Origin: an uncultured delta proteobacterium
Lineage (GTDB): Bacteria; Myxococcota_A; Polyangia; Palsa-1104
Assembly (NCBI GenBank): GCA_963785725.1
Contig: CAWAWS010000024.1
Span: forward strand, 128,001 to 192,000
DNA length: 64,000 nucleotides
Reading direction: 5' to 3'
Positions within the stretch are counted from its first letter, which is position 1; each line of letters starts with the position of its first letter. Below are positions 9,323-24,095 of the stretch, piece by piece. A program made the translations under genes and the position numbers. The notes under the pieces were generated by a model. It ran no database searches. It was given only the letters and a program-made list of their open reading frames with translations, and had not been told where the DNA came from.

Positions 9323-10918
9323 ATGGCGCTCGCCGGCCACGCCAGTCCCAGTCGCAAGACGCTGCTCTATCCGCTGCTGTTTCTCGGCGGGATCGCGCTG
9401 GCCGTGTTCCTCGGTCTCTATCTGATCGATTGGTATATTTTAAAGCCACACGAGAATCCGATTCGCATTCTCTTCGATTTCGACGTCGATACGCTGCAGA
9501 ACGCGCTCGGCAACATGGCGCAGGTCGTCGCCGCCATTCTCGGCATCGTCATCACCGTCGTCTCGATCGTCGTGCAGTTGGCGGCGACGCGCTATACGCC
9601 GCGCATCGCCGATATGTTCTTTCGCGATCGCACGAACCTCGGCGTGCTCGGCTTCTTCGTCGTCGCCTGCATCAACGCCGTGTGGGTCTCGGTCTCGGTC
9701 ACCAAGGACTTTTTGCCGCGCGTCTCGATCATCTTTACGATGCTATTGGTGACGTCATCGCTATTGATGATGGTCCCCTATTTCGCTTACGTGTTCGCCT
9801 TCCTCGATCCCGATCGCGTCGTCGGTCGCATCCAGGAACAGGCGGTGCAAAGCGCGATCGGCCAAGGTTCGCGCGTCGCCGTCGCCGGCGACATCAACGA
9901 GCGGCAGCACAAAGCGCTCACCGGCGTCGAGCAGCTGTCCGATATCGCCATCAATGCCACGTCGCAAAAGGACAAGGCGATCGCGTCGGGCTCGGTCGAT
10001 GCCATCAAAGACTTGGCGACGACCTATCTAAGACAAAAGAAGCGCGTGCCCGAGGATTGGTTTCATATCGGTCCCGCCATTCGCCAGAACCCCGACTTCG
10101 TCTCATTGGCGGTGGAATCGATCGAGGATATCGACAAGAAAAAGATTTGGCTCGAATACAAGATACTGCGGCAATACCAAGCGATATACAGCGAGTCCTT
10201 GGGGCAAATGCCGGACTTGAATTATCTCATCGCCATCAATACCCGTTACATCGGCGAAGCGGCGCTCGCTGCCAGCGACGGTGAAGCGCTGTCGTTGGCG
10301 GTGAAGTTCTTCAATACCTATTTGCGCGCCACCTTGAATGCGCAGAATGTTCGTACCGCTTACAATATCTTGAATCAATATCGCCAGCTGGCCGAGCGCG
10401 CGCTGGAGATGAAGCAGACGGCGCTGGTCTCCGATATCGCGTTCTTCTTCAAATACTATGCGCAGATTGCCCATAACTTCGATTTGGGCTTCGTGACCGA
10501 GACGGTCGCTTACGACTTGGCGACGCTGTGCGAGCGCGCCTTCGATACGCACGCGCCGTCGCACGATACGGTGTTGCGCCTGCTGCTCGAGGTCGATAAA
10601 GAGCCGGAGAGCCAAGCGCAGGAGAAGTCGTTGCGCGGCGTGCGGAAAGCGCAAGCCAAGCTGGCGAGCTTTTATTTGGTGGCCAAGGACAAGCGCGGCG
10701 AAGCGTATGCGCGGCAGATTTACGAGGACATGCAGGACGAGCAGCCGGAGCGATTGCGCTCCATTTGCGACGAACTGTTACGAGTCGAATCGAAAGACTT
10801 CTGGGAAGTCATCGACCGCGGAACCAATTTCGATTATGTCGATGACACCCGTAAGGCGCAGCTCAAAGTGTTCTTTTCGTGGTTCCCGAGCCTCAATAAG
10901 GAGACGGTACATGCATAA
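9323..10918 (+). CDS. DUF2254-like integral membrane protein
   Basis: IVVQLAATRYTPRI motif after hydrophobic helices; long helical C-terminal domain. Confidence 0.65.
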   Translation: MALAGHASPSRKTLLYPLLFLGGIALAVFLGLYLIDWYILKPHENPIRILFDFDVDTLQNALGNMAQVVAAILGIVITVVSIVVQLAATRYTPRIADMFFRDRTNLGVLGFFVVACINAVWVSVSVTKDFLPRVSIIFTMLLVTSSLLMMVPYFAYVFAFLDPDRVVGRIQEQAVQSAIGQGSRVAVAGDINERQHKALTGVEQLSDIAINATSQKDKAIASGSVDAIKDLATTYLRQKKRVPEDWFHIGPAIRQNPDFVSLAVESIEDIDKKKIWLEYKILRQYQAIYSESLGQMPDLNYLIAINTRYIGEAALAASDGEALSLAVKFFNTYLRATLNAQNVRTAYNILNQYRQLAERALEMKQTALVSDIAFFFKYYAQIAHNFDLGFVTETVAYDLATLCERAFDTHAPSHDTVLRLLLEVDKEPESQAQEKSLRGVRKAQAKLASFYLVAKDKRGEAYARQIYEDMQDEQPERLRSICDELLRVESKDFWEVIDRGTNFDYVDDTRKAQLKVFFSWFPSLNKETVHA

Positions 10919-11594
10919 GATGATGCTTTCGATCTTGCTCGCCGGAGCAGTCGCTGGCGCGGTCGGGTGTGGTGGCGGCGGGGCCAAGTATCACGTCAAT
11001 GACAATGCCTTGGCGGGCGCGAGCGTGCAGGAAAAGCAGGGCGTCTTGGCGGCGCAACAAGAGAAGGAAGTGGCCAAGACCGAGCAGTCGAAGGCGGAGG
11101 CCGACTTGCGCGGCGTCGAGACCGAGCTCGACCTGGCGGAGAATGAATACAAGACGACGAAGCTGCAGCTCGACAGCGCCAAGCTGAGCCAAAAGGCGGT
11201 CGAGCAATCGGGCGACGTCACGAAGAAGCAGCAAGTCGCCAACGATACGCGGGTGGCGCAGTTGGGCGTGAAGTCGGCCGATTCGAAGGTCGACTGGCTC
11301 TCGAAGAAGCGCAAGTGGATCAAAGCGCAGCGCGACGCCGCCGACGCGCACTATGCGGCGGCCGACTCGCGGCTGGAGCTGGAGAAGGCGAAGCTGGCGC
11401 AGCAAAAAGGCATCAAGCCGTCGGATGATTTCAATCTCATGAACTTCGAGACCGACAATATGAAGAAGCAGCAGACGTATTCGGAAGCGCGCATGGACGC
11501 CGACAAGATGCAGGCCGACGTCGACCGGATGCAGCGCGATTACGAAGCACAAAAGAACCAGTTCGACACCGCCAAGTCCGCTTCCAGCCACTAA
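10911..11594 (+). CDS. Coiled-coil lipoprotein
   Basis: AAGGAG RBS, ATG 10911, lipobox AVGC, K/Q/E/A-rich heptad-like body. Confidence 0.8.
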   Translation: MHKMMLSILLAGAVAGAVGCGGGGAKYHVNDNALAGASVQEKQGVLAAQQEKEVAKTEQSKAEADLRGVETELDLAENEYKTTKLQLDSAKLSQKAVEQSGDVTKKQQVANDTRVAQLGVKSADSKVDWLSKKRKWIKAQRDAADAHYAAADSRLELEKAKLAQQKGIKPSDDFNLMNFETDNMKKQQTYSEARMDADKMQADVDRMQRDYEAQKNQFDTAKSASSH

Positions 11595-11660
11595 GCTCCG
11601 CGCCTGCAATCCGCAGCGACGCCGCGGCGTCTTTCGTCACGCTTCTCGTCGCAAAATCGA

Positions 11661-11690
11661 TTGACGCAAGGTGCGACAAAACGGTACGCT
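11661..11690 (+). promoter_or_regulatory. Putative sigma70 promoter
   Basis: TTGACG-18 nt-TACGCT upstream of the HD-GYP gene. Confidence 0.45.
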
Positions 11691-11755
11691 CGGGTTGCAT
11701 CAAACACTCGTCATCGTTAGTAGCCCTGTAACAAGGGAAATCACGCGAGAGGGGA

Positions 11756-13294
<1,539 letters not shown>

Positions 13295-13311
13295 CCGGCT
13301 AAGATGGTCGT

Positions 13312-13650
13312 ATGATTTCGCGGCGACAGTTTGCGCGGACGGCGGGAGCGGCGATTGCCGGCGCGGCGCTGTTGCCGCGCCCGGCCGTGGCGGACGACGC
13401 GCCGCGGACGACGACCGCGGCCGCGACCCATCCGGCCAAGAAGCTGGCCGCCGCGTCGCAAGCCGAAGCCGACGCCCGCGTGCAGCTGGTGCTGGCGCGC
13501 TACGGCTCGCGGCTCAAAGCCGACGCGCGCGCCGAGCTGACGCGCATGGCCCGCTCGCAACAGGAGCTGCTCGACGAGCTGCGCGCCTTCCCGCTCGATT
13601 ACGCCGACGAGCCGGCGCTGCAGTTTCGCGCGCCGCGGACGCATCGCTGA
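13312..13650 (+). CDS. Tat-signal small protein, GatC/AtzG-like amidase partner
   Basis: SRRQF twin-arginine motif, AVA cleavage site, C-terminal LRAFPLDYADEPALQF; TGATG overlap with the amidase. Confidence 0.7.
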   Translation: MISRRQFARTAGAAIAGAALLPRPAVADDAPRTTTAAATHPAKKLAAASQAEADARVQLVLARYGSRLKADARAELTRMARSQQELLDELRAFPLDYADEPALQFRAPRTHR

Positions 13651-15062
13651 TGGACGTCGGCCTCGACGTGCTCTTCGCCGGCGTGCACGAGCTGGCGGAG
13701 AAGCTGCGCACGCAAGCGCTGTCGCCGGTCGATCTGGCGACGGCCTATCTCGATCGCGCCGAGCAGCTCAACGACGAGAGCCACGCCTGGGTGACGATCA
13801 CGCGCGACCTGGCGCTGGCGCAGGCCCATCGCGCCGCCGACGAGATCGCCGCCGGCAACTGGCGCGGCCCGCTGCACGGCATTCCTTACGCCGCCAAAGA
13901 CCTGCTCGCCGTGCGCTGGTATCCGACGACGTGGGGCGCCGCGCCGCTGGCCAAGCAGAAATTCGCCGAGGACGCGGCCGTCATCCAACGGCTGACCGAA
14001 GCCGGCGCCGTCCTGCTCGGCAAAGCGGCGATGGTCGAGCTCGCCGGCGGCCTCGGCTATCGCTTCCCGACCGCTTCGGCCACCGGCGCCACGCGTAATC
14101 CTTGGGACAGTAAGCGCTGGAGCTGCGGCTCGTCGTCGGGCTCGGGCGCCATCGTCGCCTCCGGCCAAGCCGCCTTCGCCATCGGCAGCGAGACCTGGGG
14201 CTCGATCTTGTGCCCCGCCGCGCATTGCGGCGTCACCGGCTTGCGCCCGACGTACGGCCGCGTCAGCCGTCGCGGCGCCATGCCGCTATCGTACACGCTC
14301 GACAAGATCGGCCCGCTCGCCCGCTCCGCCGACGACTGCGCACTCATCCTGCATGCGCTCGCCGGCCACGACCCGCAGGACGAGAGCTCGCTGCCGCAAG
14401 CCGACGCCGCCTTCGCCTGGCCGCTGCCGCCCGACCAAGCGCGCAAGTCGCTGCGCATCGGCTGGGTCGCGCAGCAGTCCAAAGGCGCCGTCGCCGCCAT
14501 CGACGCCGCCTGCCGCGCCGCCGTCGAGGTCCTGCGCAAGAGCGGCTGCTCCGTCGAGCCCGTGACGCTGCCGGACGGGCCGTGGACGGCGGCGACGGTC
14601 GTCATCCTGCAAGCCGAAGCCGCGTCGTCGCTGCGCCCGCTCATCGCCTCGGGTCAAGTGGCCGAGCTCGCCGATCCGCTCGGTCGCATCGGCGGCTACC
14701 TCTACGAGACCGTCCCCGCCGCCGATTTCACGACGGCCCAGCGCGTTCGACTCGTGGCGCAGAAGAAGATGAGCGCGCTCTTCCAACGCTTCGACGTCTT
14801 GGCCGGCCCGGCGCGCGGCGAGACCGCCTTCGCCATCGACGCCAACCTCGAAGAGGCCGACGATCTGCCCGATCCGCTGGGCTGTCTCGGCAACTTGTGC
14901 GGGCTGCCGGCCATCAGCGTGCCTTGCGGCTTCGACAAGGGCTTGCCCATCGGCGTGCAGTTCGTCGGCAAAGCGCTCGACGAGCACGCCGTCGTCTTCG
15001 CCGGCAAGCAGCTGCAAGCGGCCAGCGACTGGCACAAGAAGCGCCCGCCCGAAGCCGGCTGA
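13650..15062 (+). CDS. Amidase-signature family enzyme (GatA/AtzE-like)
   Basis: GPLHGIPYAAKD, GSSSGSG, GSETWGSILCPA (Lys/Ser/Ser triad), GLPIGVQ. Confidence 0.9.
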   Translation: MDVGLDVLFAGVHELAEKLRTQALSPVDLATAYLDRAEQLNDESHAWVTITRDLALAQAHRAADEIAAGNWRGPLHGIPYAAKDLLAVRWYPTTWGAAPLAKQKFAEDAAVIQRLTEAGAVLLGKAAMVELAGGLGYRFPTASATGATRNPWDSKRWSCGSSSGSGAIVASGQAAFAIGSETWGSILCPAAHCGVTGLRPTYGRVSRRGAMPLSYTLDKIGPLARSADDCALILHALAGHDPQDESSLPQADAAFAWPLPPDQARKSLRIGWVAQQSKGAVAAIDAACRAAVEVLRKSGCSVEPVTLPDGPWTAATVVILQAEAASSLRPLIASGQVAELADPLGRIGGYLYETVPAADFTTAQRVRLVAQKKMSALFQRFDVLAGPARGETAFAIDANLEEADDLPDPLGCLGNLCGLPAISVPCGFDKGLPIGVQFVGKALDEHAVVFAGKQLQAASDWHKKRPPEAG

Positions 15063-15160
15063 AACCGGCGTTTTCCGTCGAGAAAATCGCCACTTTTCGG
15101 GCGCGAAATTTGCGGCTCGTGAGCGTTCTGTAGCCGCGGAAATGTGCTAGAACGCTGCGC

Positions 15161-17838
<2,678 letters not shown>

Positions 17839-17842
<4 letters not shown>

Positions 17843-19136
17843 GCGAATCCAAGTCGAGACCGAAGTCGCACGCGCTGTTCGAGGCCGGCAAGCGCGTCAT
17901 TCCGGGCGGCGTCAACTCGCCCGTGCGCGCCTTCCGCGGCGTCGGCGGCGATCCGGTGTTCTTCGCGCGCGGCAAAGGCGCCTACGTCTGGGACGTCGAC
18001 GGCAACGAGTACGTCGATTACGTCGGCAGCTGGGGTCCGCTCATCGCCGGCCACGCGCATCCGGAGATCCTGGAGGCGATCGCCGAGGTCGCCGCCAGCG
18101 GCACCAGCTTCGGCGCGCCGACCGAGCGCGAGGTGCAGTTCGCCGCCGAGCTCATCTCGGCCGTGCCGTCGATGGAGATGGTGCGCCTCTGCTCGTCGGG
18201 CACCGAGGCGACGATGGCGGCGCTTGCGCGTCGCGCGCGGCTTCACCAGGCGCGACAAGATCGTCAAGATCGACGGCGGCTATCACGGCGCCAGCGACTG
18301 CCTGCTCGTCGCCGCCGGCTCGGGCGCGGCCACGCTCGGCATCCCCGGCTCGGCCGGCGTCACCGCCGGCACCGCCGCCGACACGCTCACCGTCGACTGG
18401 AACGACGAAGCGGCCATGCGCGCGCTCTTCGACGCCAATCCCGGCCAGATCGCCGCCGTCATCGTCGAGCCGGTGTGCGGCAACATGGGCTGCGTGCCGC
18501 CCAAAGCCGGCTACTTGCAGGCGCTGCGCAAGCTGACGCGCGAGCACGGCACCGTGCTCATCTTCGACGAAGTCATGACCGGCTTTCGCGTGGCGTACGG
18601 CGGCGCGCAGGCGTTCTACGGCGTCGAGCCCGACCTGACGACGCTGGGCAAGATCGTCGGCGGCGGCTTGCCGGTCGGCGCTTACGGCGGCAAGCGCGAC
18701 ATCATGTCCGTCATCGCGCCGCTCGGCCCCGTCTACCAAGCCGGCACGCTGTCGGGCAACCCGCTCGCCGTCGCCGCCGGCATGAAGATGCTGGAGATCA
18801 TGCGTCGCCCCGGCGCCTATGAAGCCATCGGCAAGACGACGCAGACGCTCGTCGAAGGCTTGGGCGCGCTCAGCCAAAGAATTCGGCATCCCGACGCACA
18901 CCAACGCCGTCGGCTCGATGTTCACCAGCTTCTTCACCAGCGAGCCGGTCTTCGACTACGCCAGCGCCAAGAAGTCGGACACGGCGCGCTTCGGCCGCTT
19001 CTTCCACACTATGCTCGACCACGGCGTGTACTTGGCGCCGTCGCAGTTCGAGGCCGCCTTCGTCTCGACCGCGCACGACGCCCGCGCCATCGAGCGCACG
19101 CTCGAGGCGGCCCGGCACGCGTTCGCCGCGCTGTAA
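17839..19136 (+). CDS. hemL: Glutamate-1-semialdehyde 2,1-aminomutase (two apparent frameshifts near 18223 and 18873)
   Basis: [50 protein letters not shown] and PSQFEAAF spread over three frames. Confidence 0.9.
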
Positions 19137-19142
19137 AAACGC

Positions 19143-20741
19143 ATGACCCCGCCGCGCCCGCCCAGCTTGGCGCTGCTCGTCGCCGTCGTCGCTGTTGGCG
19201 TCGCGGCGGCGTGGGCGCCGGCGTTGCGCGGCGACTTCGTGTGGGACGATCAGCACGACATCGTGCACTCCGACCGGCTGCATCACGCCCGCGCGATCGT
19301 CGACGTCTTCCGCCATCACGCCATGTGGTCGGCCGATCAGCCGGAGACGACGGTCGCGACCTATCGTCCGCTGGCGCTGGCGACGTTGGCGATCGACTAC
19401 CAGCTGTGGCAGCTGCGTCCGGCCGGCTATCACGCGACCTCGATCCTCTTGCACATGCTGGCGACGCTGGCGCTGCTCTTGGCCTTGCGCCGCCTGCTGC
19501 GCGACGACGTGGCCGCGGCCGCGTTGGCGCTCCTGTTCGCGCTGCACCCGGCGAACGCCGAAGCCGTCGCCTGGATCAACGGACGCTCCGAAGTGCTGGC
19601 GCTCCTCTTCGGCGCGCTCGCGTTGTGGGCGGCGGCCGCGCGTCGTCCGCTGTGGCTCGCGCCGTTTCTGCTGTTGGCGATGTTGGCGAAGGAGACGGGC
19701 GCGCTCTTCGTGCCACTGGCCGTCGCCGTCGCCTGGATGGAGCCACGCGAGACCGCCGGCGAGCGGCTGCGACCGACGTGGCCACCGGTCGTCGCCTGCT
19801 TCGCCGCGCTCGTCGCCTACGTGGCGCTGCGCGCCGGCGCGCTCGGCCGGAGCGCGCTGCCGACGGGCGCGCTCGCCGACGCCGCGCGCGCCCTGCCCGC
19901 CTTGTGGATGCGCGCCACGCAGGCGGCGGTCGTGCCGCTCGACCGCGCGCCGGTGACGCTGTCGAGCTGGCTACACGCGCTCGGCCCCAAAGAGCACGCC
20001 GCCTACGCCTTGGCGTCGCTGGCCGTCTTCGGCATCTTGGCGGTGCTCGTCGCTCGTCGGCGCCTGTTGGCCGCGCTCGGGCTCGTCTGGTGGCTGGGCG
20101 CGCTCGTGCCGACGACGGCCATCGTCATCCTCGATTACCCGTGGCCGGGCTTGGCGCGCTGGCTCTACATCGGCCTGCCCGGCCTCATCCTGTGCCTCTA
20201 TTTGGCGGCCGCCAAGCGGCTGAGCCCGCGCGGCCAGCTCGCGCTCTTCACAATCGTCGCCGCGTCGTGGCTCATCGCCGCCGAGCGCGCCATCCCCACC
20301 TGGCGCTCCGACACGCAGCTCTACGCCACCATGGTCGAAGAGTCGCCCGACGACGCCTGGGCCTGGCGCGCGCTCGGCATCAACCAGCTCGGCCTGCGCC
20401 ACTACGCCGAAGCCGCCCCGCTCTTCCACAAAGCGTCCGAGATCGACCACACGGAAGAGGTGCACGCGGCCTTCGCGCTCGAAGCGTTCACCTGGACCTA
20501 CCTCGACCGCTGTGACGAGGCGGTGGCGCAATATCGCGCCCATCCGCCCACACCGGCCGTCGATCCCGACCTGTTCGCCGAAGGCGCCGCCGCTTGTTAC
20601 GTTCGCGCCGGCCGCATCGAGCGCGCACGCCAGCTCTATCGCGCCTGTGCCGCCGGTCGCCCGACCTGTCAGACCGAGCTCGACACCTTGCCCGCGCCGA
20701 CGGCCGCCCAAGCCCCCGGACCGTCGCAGCAAAGCCGTTGA
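19143..20741 (+). CDS. TMTC-like GT-C membrane glycosyltransferase with C-terminal TPR
   Basis: [24 protein letters not shown] and LAKETG motifs; many TM helices; TPR-like tail. Confidence 0.7.
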   Translation: MTPPRPPSLALLVAVVAVGVAAAWAPALRGDFVWDDQHDIVHSDRLHHARAIVDVFRHHAMWSADQPETTVATYRPLALATLAIDYQLWQLRPAGYHATSILLHMLATLALLLALRRLLRDDVAAAALALLFALHPANAEAVAWINGRSEVLALLFGALALWAAAARRPLWLAPFLLLAMLAKETGALFVPLAVAVAWMEPRETAGERLRPTWPPVVACFAALVAYVALRAGALGRSALPTGALADAARALPALWMRATQAAVVPLDRAPVTLSSWLHALGPKEHAAYALASLAVFGILAVLVARRRLLAALGLVWWLGALVPTTAIVILDYPWPGLARWLYIGLPGLILCLYLAAAKRLSPRGQLALFTIVAASWLIAAERAIPTWRSDTQLYATMVEESPDDAWAWRALGINQLGLRHYAEAAPLFHKASEIDHTEEVHAAFALEAFTWTYLDRCDEAVAQYRAHPPTPAVDPDLFAEGAAACYVRAGRIERARQLYRACAAGRPTCQTELDTLPAPTAAQAPGPSQQSR

Positions 20742-20836
20742 CCGCCGCGACACGCCGTGTTAATAGCGCCCACGTCAATGGCTGAGCTTTTCAGCGATTC
20801 GACGAGGTACGGAGGACGGGTCGCATCGACAAGCGG

Positions 20837-21040
20837 ATGATTCAGGCCACCGCCCGGTACAGCTACATCGGGATATTCTTCGGCCTAGCCGTAGGCATCT
20901 GCGTGTTCGCTGGACGCTGGGCCGATCATCGCTGGAAGACCACCCCGTGGCTCACCGTCGCCGGCCTGCTGTTGGGAGTGGTCACCGGCTTTCGTGAGCT
21001 TTATACGGTTAGCAAGCGCGCCATGAAGGACGAAAAGTAA
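20837..21040 (+). CDS. AtpZ/AtpQ-family F0F1 accessory protein
   Basis: GRWADHRWKTTPW motif, two TM segments, first gene before atpB. Confidence 0.75.
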   Translation: MIQATARYSYIGIFFGLAVGICVFAGRWADHRWKTTPWLTVAGLLLGVVTGFRELYTVSKRAMKDEK

Positions 21041-21418
21041 GTGGAGCTGAAGCACCTCATCGCCTTCGAGAAGTGGACCTGCCTTCTGGCGGTGATCGTG
21101 CTCGCGTCCGGAATCGTCTTCCTCGATCGCCACGCGGCGCTGTCGTTGTCGCTCGGTGCCGGCCTGATGGCGGCGAACTCGTGGTCGATCCGCACGATCG
21201 CCGAGCGCTACGGGTTGGCCTTGCGTGCGCGGCCCGGCTTCGCGATGCTGCTGTTCAATTTGAAGATGGGCGCCATCGTCGCGCTCTGCTGGATTCTGAT
21301 CAACTACGTGCACGTCGATCCGAAGTGGTTCGCCATCGGCATCTCAGTGTTGCCGGCGGCGATTCTCATCGTCGGGATCGAGCACGGCCTTCGTCGCGAG
21401 GACTCCACGAATGGGTGA
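21041..21418 (+). CDS. atpI: ATP synthase protein I-like
   Basis: Four TM segments, 125 aa, directly upstream of atpB. Confidence 0.7.
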   Translation: MELKHLIAFEKWTCLLAVIVLASGIVFLDRHAALSLSLGAGLMAANSWSIRTIAERYGLALRARPGFAMLLFNLKMGAIVALCWILINYVHVDPKWFAIGISVLPAAILIVGIEHGLRREDSTNG

Positions 21419-22211
21419 AGAAACAACCTGGTTCGACCTGCTCCCGGGCATGCGGAACCTGGAGCTGTTTGCCAAGCAGTACCTCGCGCGCACCCAAATG
21501 GGCGTGCAGGGCTTCCCGTCGGCGTTCTCGCTGACCCACGTCATGGGCGCGCTGCTCGTCCTCGCGTTCTGCACGGTGGGCGCCATCGCCTTCGCCGGCG
21601 CCGTCTCCAAAGGCGGCCGCGACGCGATCGTCCCGCCCGCGAAGTTCACGCTGCGCAATATGTTCGAGATGTTCACCGACGCCATCGTCGGCATGGCCTC
21701 GACCATCATGGGCGACAAGAACGCGCGCCGCTTCTTGCCGCTCATCGGCACCTTCGCCTTCTTCATCTTCTTCTCGAACTGCATGGCGCTCATCCCCGGC
21801 TTCGCACCACCGACAGCGAGCGTGAAGACGAACCTGGCGCTGGCGCTCATCGTGTTCGTGATGACGCACGTCTACGGCATCAAGGACAACGGCCTCGCCT
21901 ACTTCAAGCATTTCTTGGGGCCCGTTTGGTACTTGGCGCCGCTCATGCTGCTCATCGAGATCGTCAGCCACATCGCGCGTCCGGTCTCGTTGACGATGCG
22001 CCTCGTCGGCAACATCGCCGCCGACCACAAGGTCGTGGCCGCCTTCTTCGCGCTGGTGCCGCTGTTGGTGCCGGTGCCGTTTCTGATCCTCGGTGTGCTC
22101 GTCTGCATCATCCAGACGATGGTCTTTTGCATCCTCGCGATGGTCTACATCCAAGGCGCCGTGGCTCACGAGCACGCCGACGATGAGCACGCCCACGCGG
22201 ATCACCACTAA
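21411..22211 (+). CDS. atpB: F0 ATP synthase subunit a
   Basis: IEIVSHIARPVSLTMRLVGNI with the conserved Arg; IQTMVFCILAMVYI. Confidence 0.95.
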   Translation: MGEETTWFDLLPGMRNLELFAKQYLARTQMGVQGFPSAFSLTHVMGALLVLAFCTVGAIAFAGAVSKGGRDAIVPPAKFTLRNMFEMFTDAIVGMASTIMGDKNARRFLPLIGTFAFFIFFSNCMALIPGFAPPTASVKTNLALALIVFVMTHVYGIKDNGLAYFKHFLGPVWYLAPLMLLIEIVSHIARPVSLTMRLVGNIAADHKVVAAFFALVPLLVPVPFLILGVLVCIIQTMVFCILAMVYIQGAVAHEHADDEHAHADHH

Positions 22212-22238
22212 AAAGTTTCCCTTTTGGAGGACACGAGA

Positions 22239-22577
<339 letters not shown>

Positions 22578-22595
22578 TCGACAGCTTCAGGCAGT

Positions 22596-22640
22596 AAACG
22601 GACGGGCGCGCTCAGCGATGGGCGCGCCCGTTTCGTTTTT
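22596..22640 (+). terminator. Rho-independent terminator after atpE
   Basis: GACGGGCGCGCTCA-GCGA-TGGGCGCGCCCGTT stem followed by TCGTTTTT. Confidence 0.85.
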
Positions 22641-22663
22641 GCGGCGTTTGCGGCGAGCGGCGA

Positions 22664-23713
22664 CTACTTGGCGGCGGCGGACGACGCGGGCGCGAGCGTC
22701 CGCAGGAAGAACTGGGTCAGCTCGGCGTTGAGCTTGGCGTGATAGGCGGGACGATCGAAGCCCGGCGGATCATCGGCGACGGGGCCGACGCCCGGCCCGA
22801 GCCCGGCGGGAAACGGCGACAGGAACGCATAGTGCCCCGCGTTGTTGACGACGACATACTCCGCCTTCGGCAGCAGCTGATGCACGCGCTCGGCATGAAA
22901 CGGCTGGCGCAGTACCATGTCCTTCTCGGCGCGATAGATGCGCACGGGCGCCGTCAGCTCCGCCATCGCGTCGTTGCCGAAGAGCGCGCCCACCGGCGCC
23001 ATCGCGACGACGGCGCGGATGCGCTTGTCCTGCACGTGAATCGGCGCCGGCTTCGTCGCCTCGTCCGCCGCTTGACCGTGCGACAGGCTGCAGAACTCGG
23101 GATCCTCGCTCGCGTGGGCCGCGCAGTGCTTGCCGAGCTGCGTCATGTCGCCGACGGCGCCGGCGGCCGCGAGCACGCTGTAGCCGCCGGCCGAGAAGCC
23201 GGCCGCGCCGACGCGCGCGACGTCGACATGCGGGCCCAACACTTTGTCGGCGATGACCGCGTCGAGCGCGGCCGTCAACGCGCGCGGGCGACCTTGCCAC
23301 ATGCGCGCCGTGCCTTCGCCCGAGTGATCGAAGTGGTTGTTGCCGGCGTGCAGCGGCGCGATGACGATGAAGCCGCGCCGCGCCAGCCACTCGGCCGAGT
23401 CATGGTGGCTGAGCGTCGTGCCGCCCGAGCCGTGCGACCACACGATCACCGGCAGCTTGCCGTCGGCGGGCGGCGCATCTTGCGCGGCCGACAGCGTGTA
23501 CAGGTCGCGCCGAATCGACGACTCGCCGCCGGGCGTCGGGTAATAGACCGTCAGCTGCGTCGCCGCGCCCGTCGACGGATCTTTGTACGTCAGATCGCGC
23601 AGCCCGCAATGGAACACGGCCGGCGCCGGCGTCGCGGGGGCATCGGCCGCGCGAGCGCAGAGCGGCGCCAGCAACAACGCGAGCGCGAACGAGGTCCTAC
23701 GCAGCTTCCTCAT
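22664..23713 (-). CDS. Secreted alpha/beta hydrolase (dienelactone hydrolase-like)
   Basis: Signal peptide, SHGSGG, nucleophile motif GFSAGG, AGHYAFL. Confidence 0.85.
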   Translation of the reverse strand: MRKLRRTSFALALLLAPLCARAADAPATPAPAVFHCGLRDLTYKDPSTGAATQLTVYYPTPGGESSIRRDLYTLSAAQDAPPADGKLPVIVWSHGSGGTTLSHHDSAEWLARRGFIVIAPLHAGNNHFDHSGEGTARMWQGRPRALTAALDAVIADKVLGPHVDVARVGAAGFSAGGYSVLAAAGAVGDMTQLGKHCAAHASEDPEFCSLSHGQAADEATKPAPIHVQDKRIRAVVAMAPVGALFGNDAMAELTAPVRIYRAEKDMVLRQPFHAERVHQLLPKAEYVVVNNAGHYAFLSPFPAGLGPGVGPVADDPPGFDRPAYHAKLNAELTQFFLRTLAPASSAAAK

Positions 23714-24093
23714 GGACGTGACGTCGCTCCCAGCATGTCGTTGAGCAGCACGGCCGGCGGACGGCCGCCCGCGGTGCTGCCGAGCAGCCGCGCGTCGCGC
23801 GACAAATAGGCGATGAGCGGCGTCGGCGCGCGCACCGGCAGCTTGGCCAGCACCTCGGCCAGCCGCGGCTCGGCCATGTCGACGTCGACGGCGATCGTGA
23901 CGAAGTGCTCGCGCGTGTACTCTTCGATCTCGACTTTCGCCAGCGTACGCTCGACGAGCAGCCGCGTCCCCGGACACTTGGGACGACCGAAGACGAGCAT
24001 GAGCTTCTTGTGCGCGGCGTCGGCGTCGGCCAACGCGGCGTCGAGCCCCGTGTGCCAATCGAGGCCGCTCGTGAACCAGGGATGTTGAGCCAT
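23710..24093 (-). CDS. Thioredoxin-fold protein (single Cys, CPGT)
   Basis: W..LDAALADA..KKLMLVF..CxxT and TP loop typical of DUF255/Thioredoxin_7-like proteins. Confidence 0.65.
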   Translation of the reverse strand: MAQHPWFTSGLDWHTGLDAALADADAAHKKLMLVFGRPKCPGTRLLVERTLAKVEIEEYTREHFVTIAVDVDMAEPRLAEVLAKLPVRAPTPLIAYLSRDARLLGSTAGGRPPAVLLNDMLGATSRP

Positions 24094-24095
24094 CT

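Noticed and set aside
13650..15062. Amidase as the Glu-tRNA amidotransferase subunit gatA
   Set aside because: No gatB adjacent, GSETWGSILCP differs from the GatA GSDTGGSIRQP motif, and the partner carries a Tat signal
20778..20840. 20-codon ORF ending on the atpZ start
   Set aside because: Too short to support; it may be chance or another single-base error in a longer atpZ N-terminus
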